Assembly: GCA_965248535.1 (NCBI GenBank)
Contig: CBDFJR010000002.1
Coordinates: 416,001 to 480,000 of the forward strand
From: Phormidesmis sp.
GTDB lineage: Bacteria > Cyanobacteriota > Cyanobacteriia > Leptolyngbyales > Leptolyngbyaceae
Direction of reading: 5' to 3'
DNA: 64,000 bases
The first letter of the stretch is position 1; every line of letters begins with the position of its first letter. Position numbers and translations under genes: made by a program. The notes beneath the pieces were generated by a model. The model was not told where the DNA came from and made no database searches. It was given only the letters and a program-made list of their open reading frames with translations. Shown piece by piece: positions 30,476 through 40,978 of this stretch.

Positions 30476-31543
30476 ATGGTTGTTCAACTTCGATTTATAC
30501 AACGATCGCTGCCCCGAAAAACTTTCTTTCTAACGTTGGTTCTGCTTTCTTTGATTGCGACCTCCTGCATAGGTAGTTCAAACGCCAAAGACGCGACGAT
30601 TACCATTATTGGGGCTGGAGGCACTTTTCCTGCGCCTTTATATCAACGCTGGTTTTCTGAATATAACAAGCAAAAGCCCACGGTTCAAGTCAGCTATCAA
30701 GCGGTGGGTAGCGGGGCAGGGGTCGAGCAGTTTACAACCGGGACTGTAGACTTTGGAGCCAGCGATACTGCTATGAAAGATGAGGAAATCAAGAAAGTTA
30801 AACAAGGGGTATTGCTGTTGCCAATGACGGCTGGAAGCATTGTTTTGGCTTACAATTTGCCAGAGGCAAAAAGCGGTCTTCAGCTCTCTCGCCAAGTTCT
30901 CGCAGACATCTTTTTAGGTAAAGTTAAAACCTGGAATGATCCAGCGATCGCTAAACTTAATTCCGGTGTTAATTTACCCGATTCTCCGATTACTGTGATT
31001 CATCGTTCAGAAGGCAGCGGAACAACAGATGTTTTTACAAAGTTCCTGAGTGCCATTAGTCCAGAATGGAAGGAGAAAGTTGGGGAAGGAAAATCGGTGA
31101 GTTGGGTCGTTGGTTTGGGTGGCAAAGGCAACGACGGAGTTGCGGCCCAAATTCAACAAATTCAGGGCGCGATCGGCTATGTGGAATATATCTACGCCAA
31201 GCAAACAAAGATGCCCTTTGCCAAGCTAGAAAATAAGGCTGGAAACTACATTGAATCAACCACAGAATCTGCAACAAAAGCCCTTGATTCTGCAAAGCTT
31301 CCTGATAATTTGCGGGTTTTTATTACTGACCCCGATGGTCAAGATGTCTACCCGTTAGTCACCTATACCTGGATGCTAGCCTACAAAAAATATAAGGATG
31401 CTAACAAGGCTAATACTCTGAAAGAAGTCTTGAATTGGGCGCTTGCAGATGGACGAAAGTACAGTGAAGAACTGGGCTATATTCCGCTGCCTTCAGCAGT
31501 TTTAGAAAAGGTAAAAGATGCTATCAATCAAATTCAGTCTTAA
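30476..31543 (+). CDS. pstS: Phosphate ABC transporter substrate-binding lipoprotein
   Basis: Lipobox-like IATSC, GAGGTFPAPLY, YQAVGSGAG, DFGASD, HRSEGSGTT, GKGNDGV. Confidence 0.95.
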   Translation: MVVQLRFIQRSLPRKTFFLTLVLLSLIATSCIGSSNAKDATITIIGAGGTFPAPLYQRWFSEYNKQKPTVQVSYQAVGSGAGVEQFTTGTVDFGASDTAMKDEEIKKVKQGVLLLPMTAGSIVLAYNLPEAKSGLQLSRQVLADIFLGKVKTWNDPAIAKLNSGVNLPDSPITVIHRSEGSGTTDVFTKFLSAISPEWKEKVGEGKSVSWVVGLGGKGNDGVAAQIQQIQGAIGYVEYIYAKQTKMPFAKLENKAGNYIESTTESATKALDSAKLPDNLRVFITDPDGQDVYPLVTYTWMLAYKKYKDANKANTLKEVLNWALADGRKYSEELGYIPLPSAVLEKVKDAINQIQS

Positions 31544-31575
31544 TCTTGATCGACTGTTGTTCATTGAGGTGTGTG

Positions 31576-32529
31576 ATGACTGCTGCAACCAGTGATTCTG
31601 AAATTCAACCGCGATCGACAACCGAAATCACTTTAGATAAAGGCTTTTCTTGGGTAGCGCTGGTCTCGGCGATCGCAGTAGCGGCAGTTTTGGCATGGAT
31701 TGCGATCGTTGTAGGAATTCAAGCGTTTCCAGCCCTTCAAAAGTTTGGTGCAAACTTCCTCACTACTACTAGTTGGAACCCCGTCAAAGAAACCTTTGGC
31801 GTACTTCCGATGATGTATGGAACGCTGGTGAGTTCCTTGATTGCGCTATTAATTGCGGTGCCGACTGGGTTAGCTTGCGCGATCGTGTTGAGCGAAGATT
31901 TTTTGCCGCGATCGGTGCGAACTACGTCAGTGTTTTTGATGGAGCTATTAGCCGCGATTCCCAGCATTGTCTATGGCTTTTGGGGCATTTACGTTCTGAT
32001 TCCATTTCTGCGCCCGATTGAAGCTTGGCTGCATCACTATTTTGGCTGGTTGCCTTTATTTTCTAGCCCTCCGGTCGGGCCGGGAATGTTAGCGGCCGGT
32101 GTGATTTTAGCGATTATGATTCTGCCCATTATCACGGCGCTTTCTCGCGATTCTCTAGCAGCACTGCCGTCTGATCTGCGCCTGGGCGCTTATGGGGTTG
32201 GGTCAACCCGTTGGCAAACGATTTTTAGCGTTCTGATTCCTGCGGCGTTTTCGGGCATTGTTGGCGGCATTATGCTGGCGTTAGGGCGAGCGTTGGGCGA
32301 AACGATGGCCGTCACGCTGGTAATTGGCAACAGCAACGATTTGAGCTTCTCGCTGATTGCTCCAGCAAACACGATCGCGTCTCTCATTGTGAGTCAATTT
32401 TCAGAGTCAACCGGAATCCAAAAGTCAGCCCTGATGTATGCCGGATTGGTTTTGTTTGCTATCACCTTGGGGGTCAATATTCTCGCTGAATTAATTGTTC
32501 GTCGAGTGAATGCCTACTCATCAAAGTGA
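31576..32529 (+). CDS. pstC: Phosphate ABC transporter permease
   Basis: ELLAAIPSIVYGFWG, RALGETMAVTLVIGN. Confidence 0.95.
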   Translation: MTAATSDSEIQPRSTTEITLDKGFSWVALVSAIAVAAVLAWIAIVVGIQAFPALQKFGANFLTTTSWNPVKETFGVLPMMYGTLVSSLIALLIAVPTGLACAIVLSEDFLPRSVRTTSVFLMELLAAIPSIVYGFWGIYVLIPFLRPIEAWLHHYFGWLPLFSSPPVGPGMLAAGVILAIMILPIITALSRDSLAALPSDLRLGAYGVGSTRWQTIFSVLIPAAFSGIVGGIMLALGRALGETMAVTLVIGNSNDLSFSLIAPANTIASLIVSQFSESTGIQKSALMYAGLVLFAITLGVNILAELIVRRVNAYSSK

Positions 32530-32562
32530 ATGCTGCTAAGAACCCTCCATTAAACATTATTT

Positions 32563-33462
32563 ATGACTTCTAGCACTCAACATCAGTCCTTTGACCACGC
32601 TGCTGCCGAAGGAATGGAGCGCTCCTATTCCCGTCCCCAAACGGTGATGAATATTGTGTGGACAGCGATCGCGTTTCTATTATTAGGGATTGCTCTTTTA
32701 CCGTTGCTGTTAGTCCTCTCCTATGTCACGATTAAGGGAGTCAGCCGATTTAACCTAGAGTTATTTACAGGACAAATTCCGGCTGCGCTTCAAGATGGCG
32801 GCGGCATTGGCAGTGCCATTATTGGAACGCTGATTACCGTGGCAATCGCAACCCTGATTAGCGTTCCGATTGGCGTTCTTGCAGCAATCTATTTATCCGA
32901 GTTCAGTCGTGGTCAACTAGCTGAATGGGTTCGTTTTGCGACCAATGTTTTAAGCGGTGTTCCCTCAATTATCGTTGGCATTTTTGCCTATGGGGTTTTT
33001 GTCGTGACAACGGGCAAATTTTCGGCCTTAGCCGGAGGATTTGCGCTTGCAATTCTCATGTTGCCTCTGATTGTGAGAAGCACTGATGAAGCGTTGCAGC
33101 TAGTGCCGCAAGAGGTGCGTTGGGCATCGGTGGGCGTGGGTGCTTCTAAATATCAAACCGTGTTACAGGTTGTGTTACCTGCTGCATTACCCACTATTTT
33201 AACTGGAGTAACGTTAGCGATCGCTCGTGCGGCTGGCGAAACAGCACCGCTCATATTCACCACGCTATTCTCACAGTTTTGGTCAAGAGGATTGTTTGAC
33301 CCGACTCCCACGCTGGCCGTTCTGATCTATAACTTTGCAACAGTTCCCTTTCAAAATCAGCAAGATATTGCGTGGGCAGCCTCTTTAGTCTTAGTGCTGT
33401 TTGTTTTGCTGACCAGCATTCTCGCGCACTGGGCAACCCGTAAAAGTCTCTATAACCGCTAA
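32563..33462 (+). CDS. pstA: Phosphate ABC transporter permease
   Basis: LSGVPSIIVGIF, ARAAGETAPLIFT. Confidence 0.95.
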   Translation: MTSSTQHQSFDHAAAEGMERSYSRPQTVMNIVWTAIAFLLLGIALLPLLLVLSYVTIKGVSRFNLELFTGQIPAALQDGGGIGSAIIGTLITVAIATLISVPIGVLAAIYLSEFSRGQLAEWVRFATNVLSGVPSIIVGIFAYGVFVVTTGKFSALAGGFALAILMLPLIVRSTDEALQLVPQEVRWASVGVGASKYQTVLQVVLPAALPTILTGVTLAIARAAGETAPLIFTTLFSQFWSRGLFDPTPTLAVLIYNFATVPFQNQQDIAWAASLVLVLFVLLTSILAHWATRKSLYNR

Positions 33463-33486
33463 CTTTAAACTTAGGCTAACGCTATT

Positions 33487-34329
33487 ATGGTGTCTCAAAA
33501 TCAGACCGATCGCCAAAAATCTGCATCCCAATCGTCTCAACAAAACAATCCATCTGAAGCCGTTTTGAGAACCGAAAATCTTAAGGTTTTCTACGGTGAT
33601 AAGCTGGCTCTCCAAGATGTGTCGATGGAGATTCCCAAAAACCAGATTACGGCATTTATTGGCCCGTCTGGCTGTGGCAAAAGTACCCTACTGCGCTGCT
33701 TTAATCGGCTCAATGATTTAATTGACGATTGCCGAGTAGAAGGCAAGGCTTTTTATCGCAATAAAGAACTCTATGCTTCTAAAGTTGACCCGGTTGAAGT
33801 GCGACGGAGAATTGGCATGGTGTTTCAAAAGCCAAACCCCTTTCCTAAATCGATTTATGAAAACATTGCCTATGGCGCACGCATCAACGGGCACAAAGAC
33901 AAGCTTGATGAATTAGTCGAAAAATCTCTGCAACAAGCCGCTTTATGGGATGAAGTCAAAGACAAACTCAGAGAAAATGGCTTATCGCTTTCGGGGGGGC
34001 AACAGCAGCGATTGTGTCTTGCCCGCGCTATCTCTCTCGAACCTGAAGTGATCTTGATGGATGAACCTACGTCTTCACTTGACCCGATCTCTAGCCAAAA
34101 GGTGGAAGAACTGCTGCAACAACTTAAAGAGAGCTATACGATCGTCATCGTCACGCACAGTATGCAGCAAGCCCAACGAGCTTCTGATTTTACGGCTTTT
34201 TTCAACGCCGAGGCAGCAGAAAAAGGAAACCGCTTTGGCTATCTAGTCGAACATAAGCAGACCCAAGCGATTTTTGATGACCCTCAAGAAGAGGCAACAA
34301 AAGCCTATGTGAGCGGGCATTTTGGCTAA
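33487..34329 (+). CDS. pstB: Phosphate ABC transporter ATP-binding protein
   Basis: [37 protein letters not shown]. Confidence 0.96.
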   Translation: MVSQNQTDRQKSASQSSQQNNPSEAVLRTENLKVFYGDKLALQDVSMEIPKNQITAFIGPSGCGKSTLLRCFNRLNDLIDDCRVEGKAFYRNKELYASKVDPVEVRRRIGMVFQKPNPFPKSIYENIAYGARINGHKDKLDELVEKSLQQAALWDEVKDKLRENGLSLSGGQQQRLCLARAISLEPEVILMDEPTSSLDPISSQKVEELLQQLKESYTIVIVTHSMQQAQRASDFTAFFNAEAAEKGNRFGYLVEHKQTQAIFDDPQEEATKAYVSGHFG

Positions 34330-34482
34330 CTGACCTCCTGCGCTCTTCCTGAAACCTCCGAGCAACTTCTAAAACTGCCGTTCACTCCCCGCTCTCCTAG
34401 ACAAAACTAGGCGGTGATGAGGCTAGATGGCCGAGATAGGGCACCCTAAGTCCAAAATAAACTTCGTCATTTAATCAAGCGG

Positions 34483-37056
34483 TTGACTCGATCGCGGGAC
34501 TGTTTTGATGACTTTAGTTTATCAGGCATCCCCTCATCGGCTAGAAGGAGCAAAGACCGAGTGATGTTTCGAGATGGGCAAGGCGGTTTGGCATTAAGCA
34601 GCGATTCGCAAGCAAAAAATCATCTCTTGCAGCGCTGGCTTCAGAAATTTGTGGGCAGCCATTCTCAAAATCACCGCCAGATGACGCGATCGCGGCGGTT
34701 TTTGGTGCGATCGCTGTTGTTGGGGGCAACGGTTGTCGTCAGCGCGATCGCTCTGGGCAGCTACCAAGTGGTGCGAACCATCATTTTAGACAACCTCAAA
34801 AAGCAGACAATCTCAGAGGCTCATCAGGGCAGCGGAGATATTGATCAGTGGTTAGCAAGCCGCAAAGCAGAAGTCACAGTTTTAGCAAACAGCCCGATTA
34901 CTCGCACGATGAACTGGTCAGAGGTAGAACCCTACTTCAAAGCCGAGGTCAAGCGACAGCAAGACTTTGACCAACTCACCCTGGCTCAATTAGATGGCTC
35001 TTACGCTAACACCAACCCGGTCAAGGCAACCGGAACCATTCGCGATCGCGCCTGGTTTGCCAAGGGCATCGCCGGAGAAGCTTCGGTTTCTGACCCGGTG
35101 ATGAGCCGGACAGCCAAAGTCGCCAAAATCTTTGTGGGTGCTCCTGTTGTTTCCCCGTCTAGCCCCAAACCCCTCGGAGTTGTTGGAGAAGCCATTCGGG
35201 TCGATCGGGTGGTGCAAGTGGTCAACCAGATGCAGCATGATGCTGAGAGCTATGCGTTTGCGTTGAGTTCTGAAGGATTTTTGATTGCCCATCCCAATCC
35301 AGCGATGATTAGCACTCCAGAAAATCCGGGCCCTAACCTGCTGCGATCGCCCGATCCGGCTGTGGCTGCCGTTGCTCAAGAAATGGTCAATCATCACGAA
35401 GGGATTCGTCTAATCCAACTCGATGGCACCTGGAAATATATTGCCTATGTGCCCTTAACCGAAGCCAACTGGTCGGTGGCTCTGGTGATTCCGCGCCAAA
35501 CCATTGAGTCAGCTTTAGACGCTCTAAACGTGCTGGCAGGCATTCTCGGACTGGTGCTGCTGATTGCGATCGCCGGAGCCTGGCAATATGTGCAAGTCTA
35601 CGAACAAACTCGTCTACACGCTGCTCAAGAAGCCTTACTCAACCGCCTCACCACCTGCATTCGAGAATCGTTGGATCTGCCCACCATTGTCCAAACCACC
35701 GTCACAGAATTAAGCACCCTGCTAGACCTGGATCGCGTGTTTTTAGGCTCCTACAATGCAGTGACACAAACCCTGTCGCTGATAGGTGATTCTCGCATGA
35801 CTGAAGACCTTGATCAGCCCATTGAGTTTCAAACCAGCGCTCTAGACGATTTAGCAGATTCTCTCAAAAGCGGCAGCACGCTTCAACTCCACCCAGTCGC
35901 GCCTTCAGACCATGCTGCTTTGAATCTGACTGCCGGATCGTATCTGGCTTTAGCCAACCCAGATCAAGATGGGCAGACGGGCTTTTTAATCGGACTTCAC
36001 AACGGCAAATTAAACCCTGAAGATCAAGATTTGCTGAGAGCGGTCTCTGACCAACTCGCGATCGCGGTCACTCAGTCGCGGCTTTATAGCCAGACTCAGG
36101 CGCAAGTTGACCTCTTAAACCAAACGTTGACTCAGCTAAATCAGGCTCAGTTACAACTGGTTCAAAGCGAAAAGATGTCGAGTTTGGGGCAACTAGTAGC
36201 CGGAATTGCTCACGAAATCAACAATCCAGTCAACTTCATTCATGGCAACATTGTTCACGTTAATCAATATGCTCAAGAACTGTTAGATCTGCTGCATCTC
36301 TATCAACTGCATCTGCCTCAGCCTCCGGTTCCGATTCAAAACTTAGTCGAGTCAATTGATGTAGAGTTCATCAGCGAAGATTTTCCTAAACTGTTGATGT
36401 CGATGCAGGTTGGCACCCAGCGAATTCGAGAAATTGTCCGATCGCTACGAATATTCTCTCGGCTAGATGAAGCCGAAGTCAAAAACGTAGACATTCACGA
36501 AGGACTTGACAGCACCCTGATGATTTTGCGAAGTCGCCTCAAAGCAACCGCTACTCAGCGCGAAATTCAGGTAGTTAAAGCCTATGGTCAACTGCCCCCG
36601 GTAGAGTGCTATGCCGGACAGTTGAACCAAGTGTTTATGAATGTGATTAGCAACGCGATCGAGGCACTAGAAGCCTCATCATCGGTTGATCACGAGTCAT
36701 CTCGGTCAGACGCAACCCAAATCACCCCTGACCACCCACCGATCCCACAACCCACGATCCATATTCGCACCGAAGTCATTTCCCAGCACCAGATCAAGAT
36801 CTGCATTGCCGACAACGGTTCTGGCATTCCAGAGGCGATCCAATCCCGCATTTTTGATCCCTTTTTTACAACCAAACCTGTTGGCAAAGGCACAGGAATG
36901 GGACTAGCAACCAGCTATCAAACGGTGATCAAACAGCATGGAGGACGCTTGTCTTGCACCTCCACACCCGGACAGGGAACCGAATTTGTGATTGAAATTC
37001 CGATTCAGCAGTCTAAACGCGATGTCATCTCTGAGGCTAGCTCGACGCGAATTTGA
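34483..37056 (+). CDS. Membrane sensor histidine kinase (dCache + GAF + HisKA/HATPase); start uncertain (34564 or 34681 possible)
   Basis: Two TM segments flanking a Cache domain (IRDRAWF, YAFALSSEG.LIAHP); GAF-like segment; EKMSSLGQLVAGIAHEINNP, QVFMNVISNA, DNGSGI, FFTTKPVGKGTGMGL. Confidence 0.9.
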   Translation: MTRSRDCFDDFSLSGIPSSARRSKDRVMFRDGQGGLALSSDSQAKNHLLQRWLQKFVGSHSQNHRQMTRSRRFLVRSLLLGATVVVSAIALGSYQVVRTIILDNLKKQTISEAHQGSGDIDQWLASRKAEVTVLANSPITRTMNWSEVEPYFKAEVKRQQDFDQLTLAQLDGSYANTNPVKATGTIRDRAWFAKGIAGEASVSDPVMSRTAKVAKIFVGAPVVSPSSPKPLGVVGEAIRVDRVVQVVNQMQHDAESYAFALSSEGFLIAHPNPAMISTPENPGPNLLRSPDPAVAAVAQEMVNHHEGIRLIQLDGTWKYIAYVPLTEANWSVALVIPRQTIESALDALNVLAGILGLVLLIAIAGAWQYVQVYEQTRLHAAQEALLNRLTTCIRESLDLPTIVQTTVTELSTLLDLDRVFLGSYNAVTQTLSLIGDSRMTEDLDQPIEFQTSALDDLADSLKSGSTLQLHPVAPSDHAALNLTAGSYLALANPDQDGQTGFLIGLHNGKLNPEDQDLLRAVSDQLAIAVTQSRLYSQTQAQVDLLNQTLTQLNQAQLQLVQSEKMSSLGQLVAGIAHEINNPVNFIHGNIVHVNQYAQELLDLLHLYQLHLPQPPVPIQNLVESIDVEFISEDFPKLLMSMQVGTQRIREIVRSLRIFSRLDEAEVKNVDIHEGLDSTLMILRSRLKATATQREIQVVKAYGQLPPVECYAGQLNQVFMNVISNAIEALEASSSVDHESSRSDATQITPDHPPIPQPTIHIRTEVISQHQIKICIADNGSGIPEAIQSRIFDPFFTTKPVGKGTGMGLATSYQTVIKQHGGRLSCTSTPGQGTEFVIEIPIQQSKRDVISEASSTRI

Positions 37057-37083
37057 TCAGGAGATTGCTAAATGCTGAGATCT

Positions 37084-37121
37084 TCGCCCTCCTTCTCAAA
37101 CTGGGAGAGGGGTGAGGGCGA
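37084..37121. repeat. Palindromic dispersed-repeat remnant between convergent genes (possible terminator)
   Basis: TCGCCCTC...GGGAGAGGGGTGAGGGCGA inverted repeat. Confidence 0.55.
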
Positions 37122-37176
37122 GACAGCCTGGCAATGGTCGAGGTCACTCGAAGCGATCGCTCTACGTTAGCCTGTC

Positions 37177-38874
37177 TTAAATCGGGGGTAGCTCCTCCAA
37201 AATGGTGAAGCGGATGTGATTAATAGCCAGATCACCAAGAGACAAGTTAAACAAGTCGCCCACCGGAACGCCGCCACTTCTCAAAGACTCAAAGGTGACC
37301 CCTTTGCCGATTTCGGCATGAAACCAGGGCAACCCCATAAAAAAGCGAGTGGGATAGGGGCCCCGCTCAACGACATCATCGGGGTTTGACTCCATAGGCA
37401 GCCAGCCAAAACCGGGCACATAAAACTCGATCCAGACGTGGTTATAGTCAGGCTCTAACGGAATGCGCTGCCGCTCAGGGTAAGGAGGACATTTATAGCG
37501 TCCGACGGTGCGGCAGGCAATGCCATTGAGACGAGAGAGCGCCAGCAGCAGCCCGACATATTCACCACAGGAGCCAGTGCCGCGCTCTAAGACGACATCG
37601 GGCGGGTCAATATGAGGTTTGATGCCATAGGACAAGCGATCGTAGACAAAGTTACGAATCTTAAGAATTTTGCGAAGTAGATTGGTCTCGGTGCCGATCG
37701 CTTCTCGTGCCGCAGCTTGAATGGCGGGCGTATCCATCGCTAGCTCATCGTCGTCAATGAGATAACGCGCTTTAAACTCTGGCGATAGTTCAGGAACGGT
37801 ATTGACATCATCAGGGGTGAGTTGATATTTGATGCCTCGCACTTCGAGCAGCGCCTTCCAGCCAAAGATATGCCGCTCGTGGGGTTTGAGGGAGTCAAAC
37901 TTAAAGACGGCTATTTTTTGCCCTGCTTGCATCTCTTCGCTAAACGGCATCCCGATCGCTTCAACCTGCCTGACTTTTTGACGATCGGTTTCCGTCGGCA
38001 AAGCAATCCGCCACTCTAGATTTTCTAAATGCACTTCGTCGAGGGGCAGCAACTCTTCGACATAAGACATTTCAACCAAGTAGCCGTTTGAGAGCGCGTA
38101 GCGGCCCTTGGGATCATTGTGAAAGTAGAGCGGATGGACGAAGGTACGATCGCGAAACGTCAATTCATGGCTGGGGTCAGCATTGGGATTGTCGCGAATA
38201 TAGGCTTCTTCGCTCGCATAGGAGACATAGAGGGTTTGCCCTCCGGTTGCCGGGTTGGGCAAAAAGGCCACCGCAGTTGGGCACTCAAACGGCGTGAGCA
38301 GGCTAAACTGGAGCGCCCCAGTAGCGCGATCGAGGCAATAGACGGTTTGCTCAATGCGATCGCAGACCCAAAGTTCTTCATCGCGCACTGTCAGATTGGC
38401 GAGGCCAACCCCTGGCAAAGGAAACTGGGTAATTCTACGCTTAGTGCTGCGCTCATAGATAAAGATATAGCCTGCCTTTTGGCAAGTCACATAAATCGTA
38501 GACTCCCAAACGCCCACGCCATCAGCCGGATAAGGCAAAGAGGTGAAAAGCTGAGGAGTCAGATCGTCAAAGCTACAAAAATAAACATTGTTGTCTTGGG
38601 CAAACCAGATCGTTTCGCCCCAGATCGCCAAACCCGTCGCGTTGACAAAGGGTTCGGTGCTGTGGGCATTGAGCACGATCGTGTTGTCACTAGCGGGATC
38701 AAGCCGAACTAAATAGCCTCGAACTGAGTCGAGAGCCAGCAGTTGACCCTGCCATGCCGCCAACCCATTCAGCGCATAGACCGCGATCGGGCGAATGGTG
38801 CGGGGCTGTGTTTGAGACGGAGAAAGTACAGTCATCGGGGAGGGTTGCTCAGAGGAGATGCCGAGATTGAGCAT
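37177..38874 (-). CDS. Transglutaminase-like protein with N-terminal beta-propeller-like region
   Basis: GSCGEY (Cys), YNHVWIEFY (His), GWLPMES; N-terminal repeats such as GLAAWQGQL, GLAIWGETIW and GVGVWESTIY. Confidence 0.85.
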   Translation of the reverse strand: MLNLGISSEQPSPMTVLSPSQTQPRTIRPIAVYALNGLAAWQGQLLALDSVRGYLVRLDPASDNTIVLNAHSTEPFVNATGLAIWGETIWFAQDNNVYFCSFDDLTPQLFTSLPYPADGVGVWESTIYVTCQKAGYIFIYERSTKRRITQFPLPGVGLANLTVRDEELWVCDRIEQTVYCLDRATGALQFSLLTPFECPTAVAFLPNPATGGQTLYVSYASEEAYIRDNPNADPSHELTFRDRTFVHPLYFHNDPKGRYALSNGYLVEMSYVEELLPLDEVHLENLEWRIALPTETDRQKVRQVEAIGMPFSEEMQAGQKIAVFKFDSLKPHERHIFGWKALLEVRGIKYQLTPDDVNTVPELSPEFKARYLIDDDELAMDTPAIQAAAREAIGTETNLLRKILKIRNFVYDRLSYGIKPHIDPPDVVLERGTGSCGEYVGLLLALSRLNGIACRTVGRYKCPPYPERQRIPLEPDYNHVWIEFYVPGFGWLPMESNPDDVVERGPYPTRFFMGLPWFHAEIGKGVTFESLRSGGVPVGDLFNLSLGDLAINHIRFTILEELPPI

Positions 38875-39012
38875 CGGTGTTATTCAAATAAGCGGTCAGC
38901 ACTCCCAATCATAAACAAAACTATCCAACGATGAATGTATCAAGACACGCTCTATGCAAAAAATAGGCGGCAATAGAGGAAACTTTAAGTTAACGCACTC
39001 CTAGATCGCCCT

Positions 39013-39885
39013 ATGAATCAACGCGCTCTATTGTTAGTCAATCGTCATGCTCGCAAAGGGCAGCAGCTATTAGAGGCGGCAGTCAGCCAACTTAAATCAT
39101 TTGGATTTGAGCTACAAGAAGCCTCGATCGACGCGCCCGATCGTCTCTCTGAAATTATTCGCGATCATCGAGACACCGTGGATCTGGTGATCGTCGGAGG
39201 CGGTGACGGAACCCTCAACGCCTGTGCAGCAGGCTTGGTCGAGACTCACTTACCGCTGGGCATCTTGCCGTTAGGGACTGCCAACGATCTAGCCCGAACC
39301 CTGGGCATTCCGGCGACGCTGCCCGAAGCGTGTCAAATTATCGCCGCCAGAAACGTGCAGCCGATCGACTTGGGCTGGGTGAATGGCCAATATTTTTTCA
39401 ACGTCGCCAGTTTGGGACTGAGTGTGCAGATTACTCGCAATCTCACTAGAGAAGTCAAGCAGCGCTGGGGCGTTTTTGCCTATGCCGCGACCGCGATGCA
39501 GGCGCTGTGGAAGAGTCGGCGGTTTCATGCCGAGATTCAGCTAGAGGGAGGGCGATCGCAGAAAGTTCGCACCCTGCAAATTGCGGTGGGCAACGGGCGC
39601 TATTATGGCGGCGGCATGGCAGTGGCCAAAAATGCAGCGATCGACGATCAGCGCCTAGATCTCTACAGCCTAGAAATCAAACACTGGTGGCAGTTGTTGG
39701 CGGTGCTTCCGGCGATGCGGCGCGGCAGTCATGGGGTGTCGCCGTGGGTGCAGACGTGGCAAGGTCAGGAGTTTCATATTCACACTCGCAGACCGCGATC
39801 GATCAACACCGATGGAGAGATCACGACCTCGACTCCAGCTCATTTTAAGGTGGTGCCGAATGCTTTGTCGGTGATTGTGCCGTGA
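39013..39885 (+). CDS. YegS/Rv2252/BmrU-family lipid kinase
   Basis: LLVN, GGGDGTL, LPLGTANDLAR, NGRYYGGG, INTDGE. Confidence 0.92.
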   Translation: MNQRALLLVNRHARKGQQLLEAAVSQLKSFGFELQEASIDAPDRLSEIIRDHRDTVDLVIVGGGDGTLNACAAGLVETHLPLGILPLGTANDLARTLGIPATLPEACQIIAARNVQPIDLGWVNGQYFFNVASLGLSVQITRNLTREVKQRWGVFAYAATAMQALWKSRRFHAEIQLEGGRSQKVRTLQIAVGNGRYYGGGMAVAKNAAIDDQRLDLYSLEIKHWWQLLAVLPAMRRGSHGVSPWVQTWQGQEFHIHTRRPRSINTDGEITTSTPAHFKVVPNALSVIVP

Positions 39886-39930
39886 GTTGGCGATCAGCTA
39901 AAAAATCTTGCCTTTTGTCAAGTTGCTTCT

Positions 39931-40284
39931 CTAAGCAACCGTTAAACCTAAAATAATGGCTATGGAGATTTCTAACTGTTTAATGTGAAGACTATCAAGA
40001 TGACCAATCACTCGGATAACTCTTGATTTGTCGATCACTCGGATCTGTTCGCCTAAAATCACTGAATCTTGGCTGAGTCCCCCAATGCCTGCGGGAACGA
40101 AAACGTGAGAGGGCAGCAAAGAACGGCGAATTTTAGATGTGAAAGGAGTAATGATTGTATGAGAACTGGCTGCATTGGCTCGATCAATTTGCACTACAAC
40201 AACAGGTCGGATTCCTGCTTGTTCTGTACCAATGACAGGATTGAGATCGCACAACACTACATCGCCTCTTATGACCGCTACCAC
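39931..40284 (-). CDS. mazF: PemK/MazF-family endoribonuclease toxin
   Basis: RGDVVLCDLNPVIGTEQAGIRPVVVVQ, DSVILGEQIRVIDKSR. Confidence 0.9.
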   Translation of the reverse strand: MVAVIRGDVVLCDLNPVIGTEQAGIRPVVVVQIDRANAASSHTIITPFTSKIRRSLLPSHVFVPAGIGGLSQDSVILGEQIRVIDKSRVIRVIGHLDSLHIKQLEISIAIILGLTVA

Positions 40285-40502
40285 TGAATTTCTCCATGCG
40301 CTAGACGGTCTTCATAGTCCTCTAAATTTTTTAGATAGTCAGAAAAGTCTGATTCAACGATCTCTAAAGACTCTGCTGACTGAAGCCACGATCGGGTTCG
40401 GTTGTGTTTGATGAGCAGAAAGTCAATGAAGTCGTTGACTTCTGTGACTAGAGATTCAGGCATTTGACGAAGTTTGGCGATCGCTTGCTCATGAGTAGTC
40501 AT
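40278..40502 (-). CDS. DUF2281-like putative antitoxin
   Basis: KLRQMPESLVTEVNDFIDFL; overlaps the mazF start. Confidence 0.7.
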   Translation of the reverse strand: MTTHEQAIAKLRQMPESLVTEVNDFIDFLLIKHNRTRSWLQSAESLEIVESDFSDYLKNLEDYEDRLAHGEIQW

Positions 40503-40564
40503 GGGTTGTCTGCGTTATCTACTTTCTTTAGGATAATGGCTATTGAGTGGCGATCGCGCCTGTT

Positions 40565-40804
40565 CTAACCCTCATCGGTCTCAGCATCTTTGAGAAACAG
40601 CCGAATAAATTCTTCAGCCGCCTCTGGTTTAAGCGTTCGTAACGCCCGATAAGTCTCAAACAATGCTTCTGCTAGTGGATCTCTGTCTTCACTGACCCAA
40701 CGACTCACCACTCCAGCATTAATTCCCATTGTTTTTGCAAGTCGGCTCTGGCTAATTGCGTGAGTCTTTAATACTTGTCGAAGGGCATTCCCTGCTTTTC
40801 CCAT
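40565..40804 (-). CDS. XRE-family helix-turn-helix regulator
   Basis: MGKAGNALRQVLKTHAISQSRLAKTMGINAGVVSRWVSEDRDP; ATG at 40804. Confidence 0.85.
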   Translation of the reverse strand: MGKAGNALRQVLKTHAISQSRLAKTMGINAGVVSRWVSEDRDPLAEALFETYRALRTLKPEAAEEFIRLFLKDAETDEG

Positions 40805-40841
40805 GCGTGAAATTTTGACAGAGCCTTTTGAGCGGGTAGTA

Positions 40842-40886
40842 TTGCCAACTGACAGAATAAACGATAGACTCTTGCCAGATGACAAG
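40842..40886 (+). promoter_or_regulatory. Sigma70-type promoter with two overlapping palindromic operators
   Basis: TTGCCA(40842)-N17-TAGACT(40865); operators TTGCCAACTGACAG (40842-55) and CTTGCCAGATGACAAG (40871-86). Confidence 0.6.
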
Positions 40887-40905
40887 GTTGTTGTCTATCA
40901 ATTGT

Positions 40906-40949
40906 TAAGAACCAGCCTCGCCCTGGAAAAGCATTTGGGCTGGTTCTTA
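40906..40949 (+). other. Strong 5'-leader hairpin with CTGGAAAAG in the loop
   Basis: TAAGAACCAGCC...GGCTGGTTCTTA 12-bp perfect stem; no poly-T tail; precedes the RBS GGAGA and ATG 40979. Confidence 0.65.
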
Positions 40950-40978
40950 GCTCCAATTCGCATGGAGACGTAATTATT

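Noticed and set aside
38119..38712. 197-aa plus-strand ORF
   Set aside because: Entirely antisense to the well-supported transglutaminase gene and has no recognisable motif.
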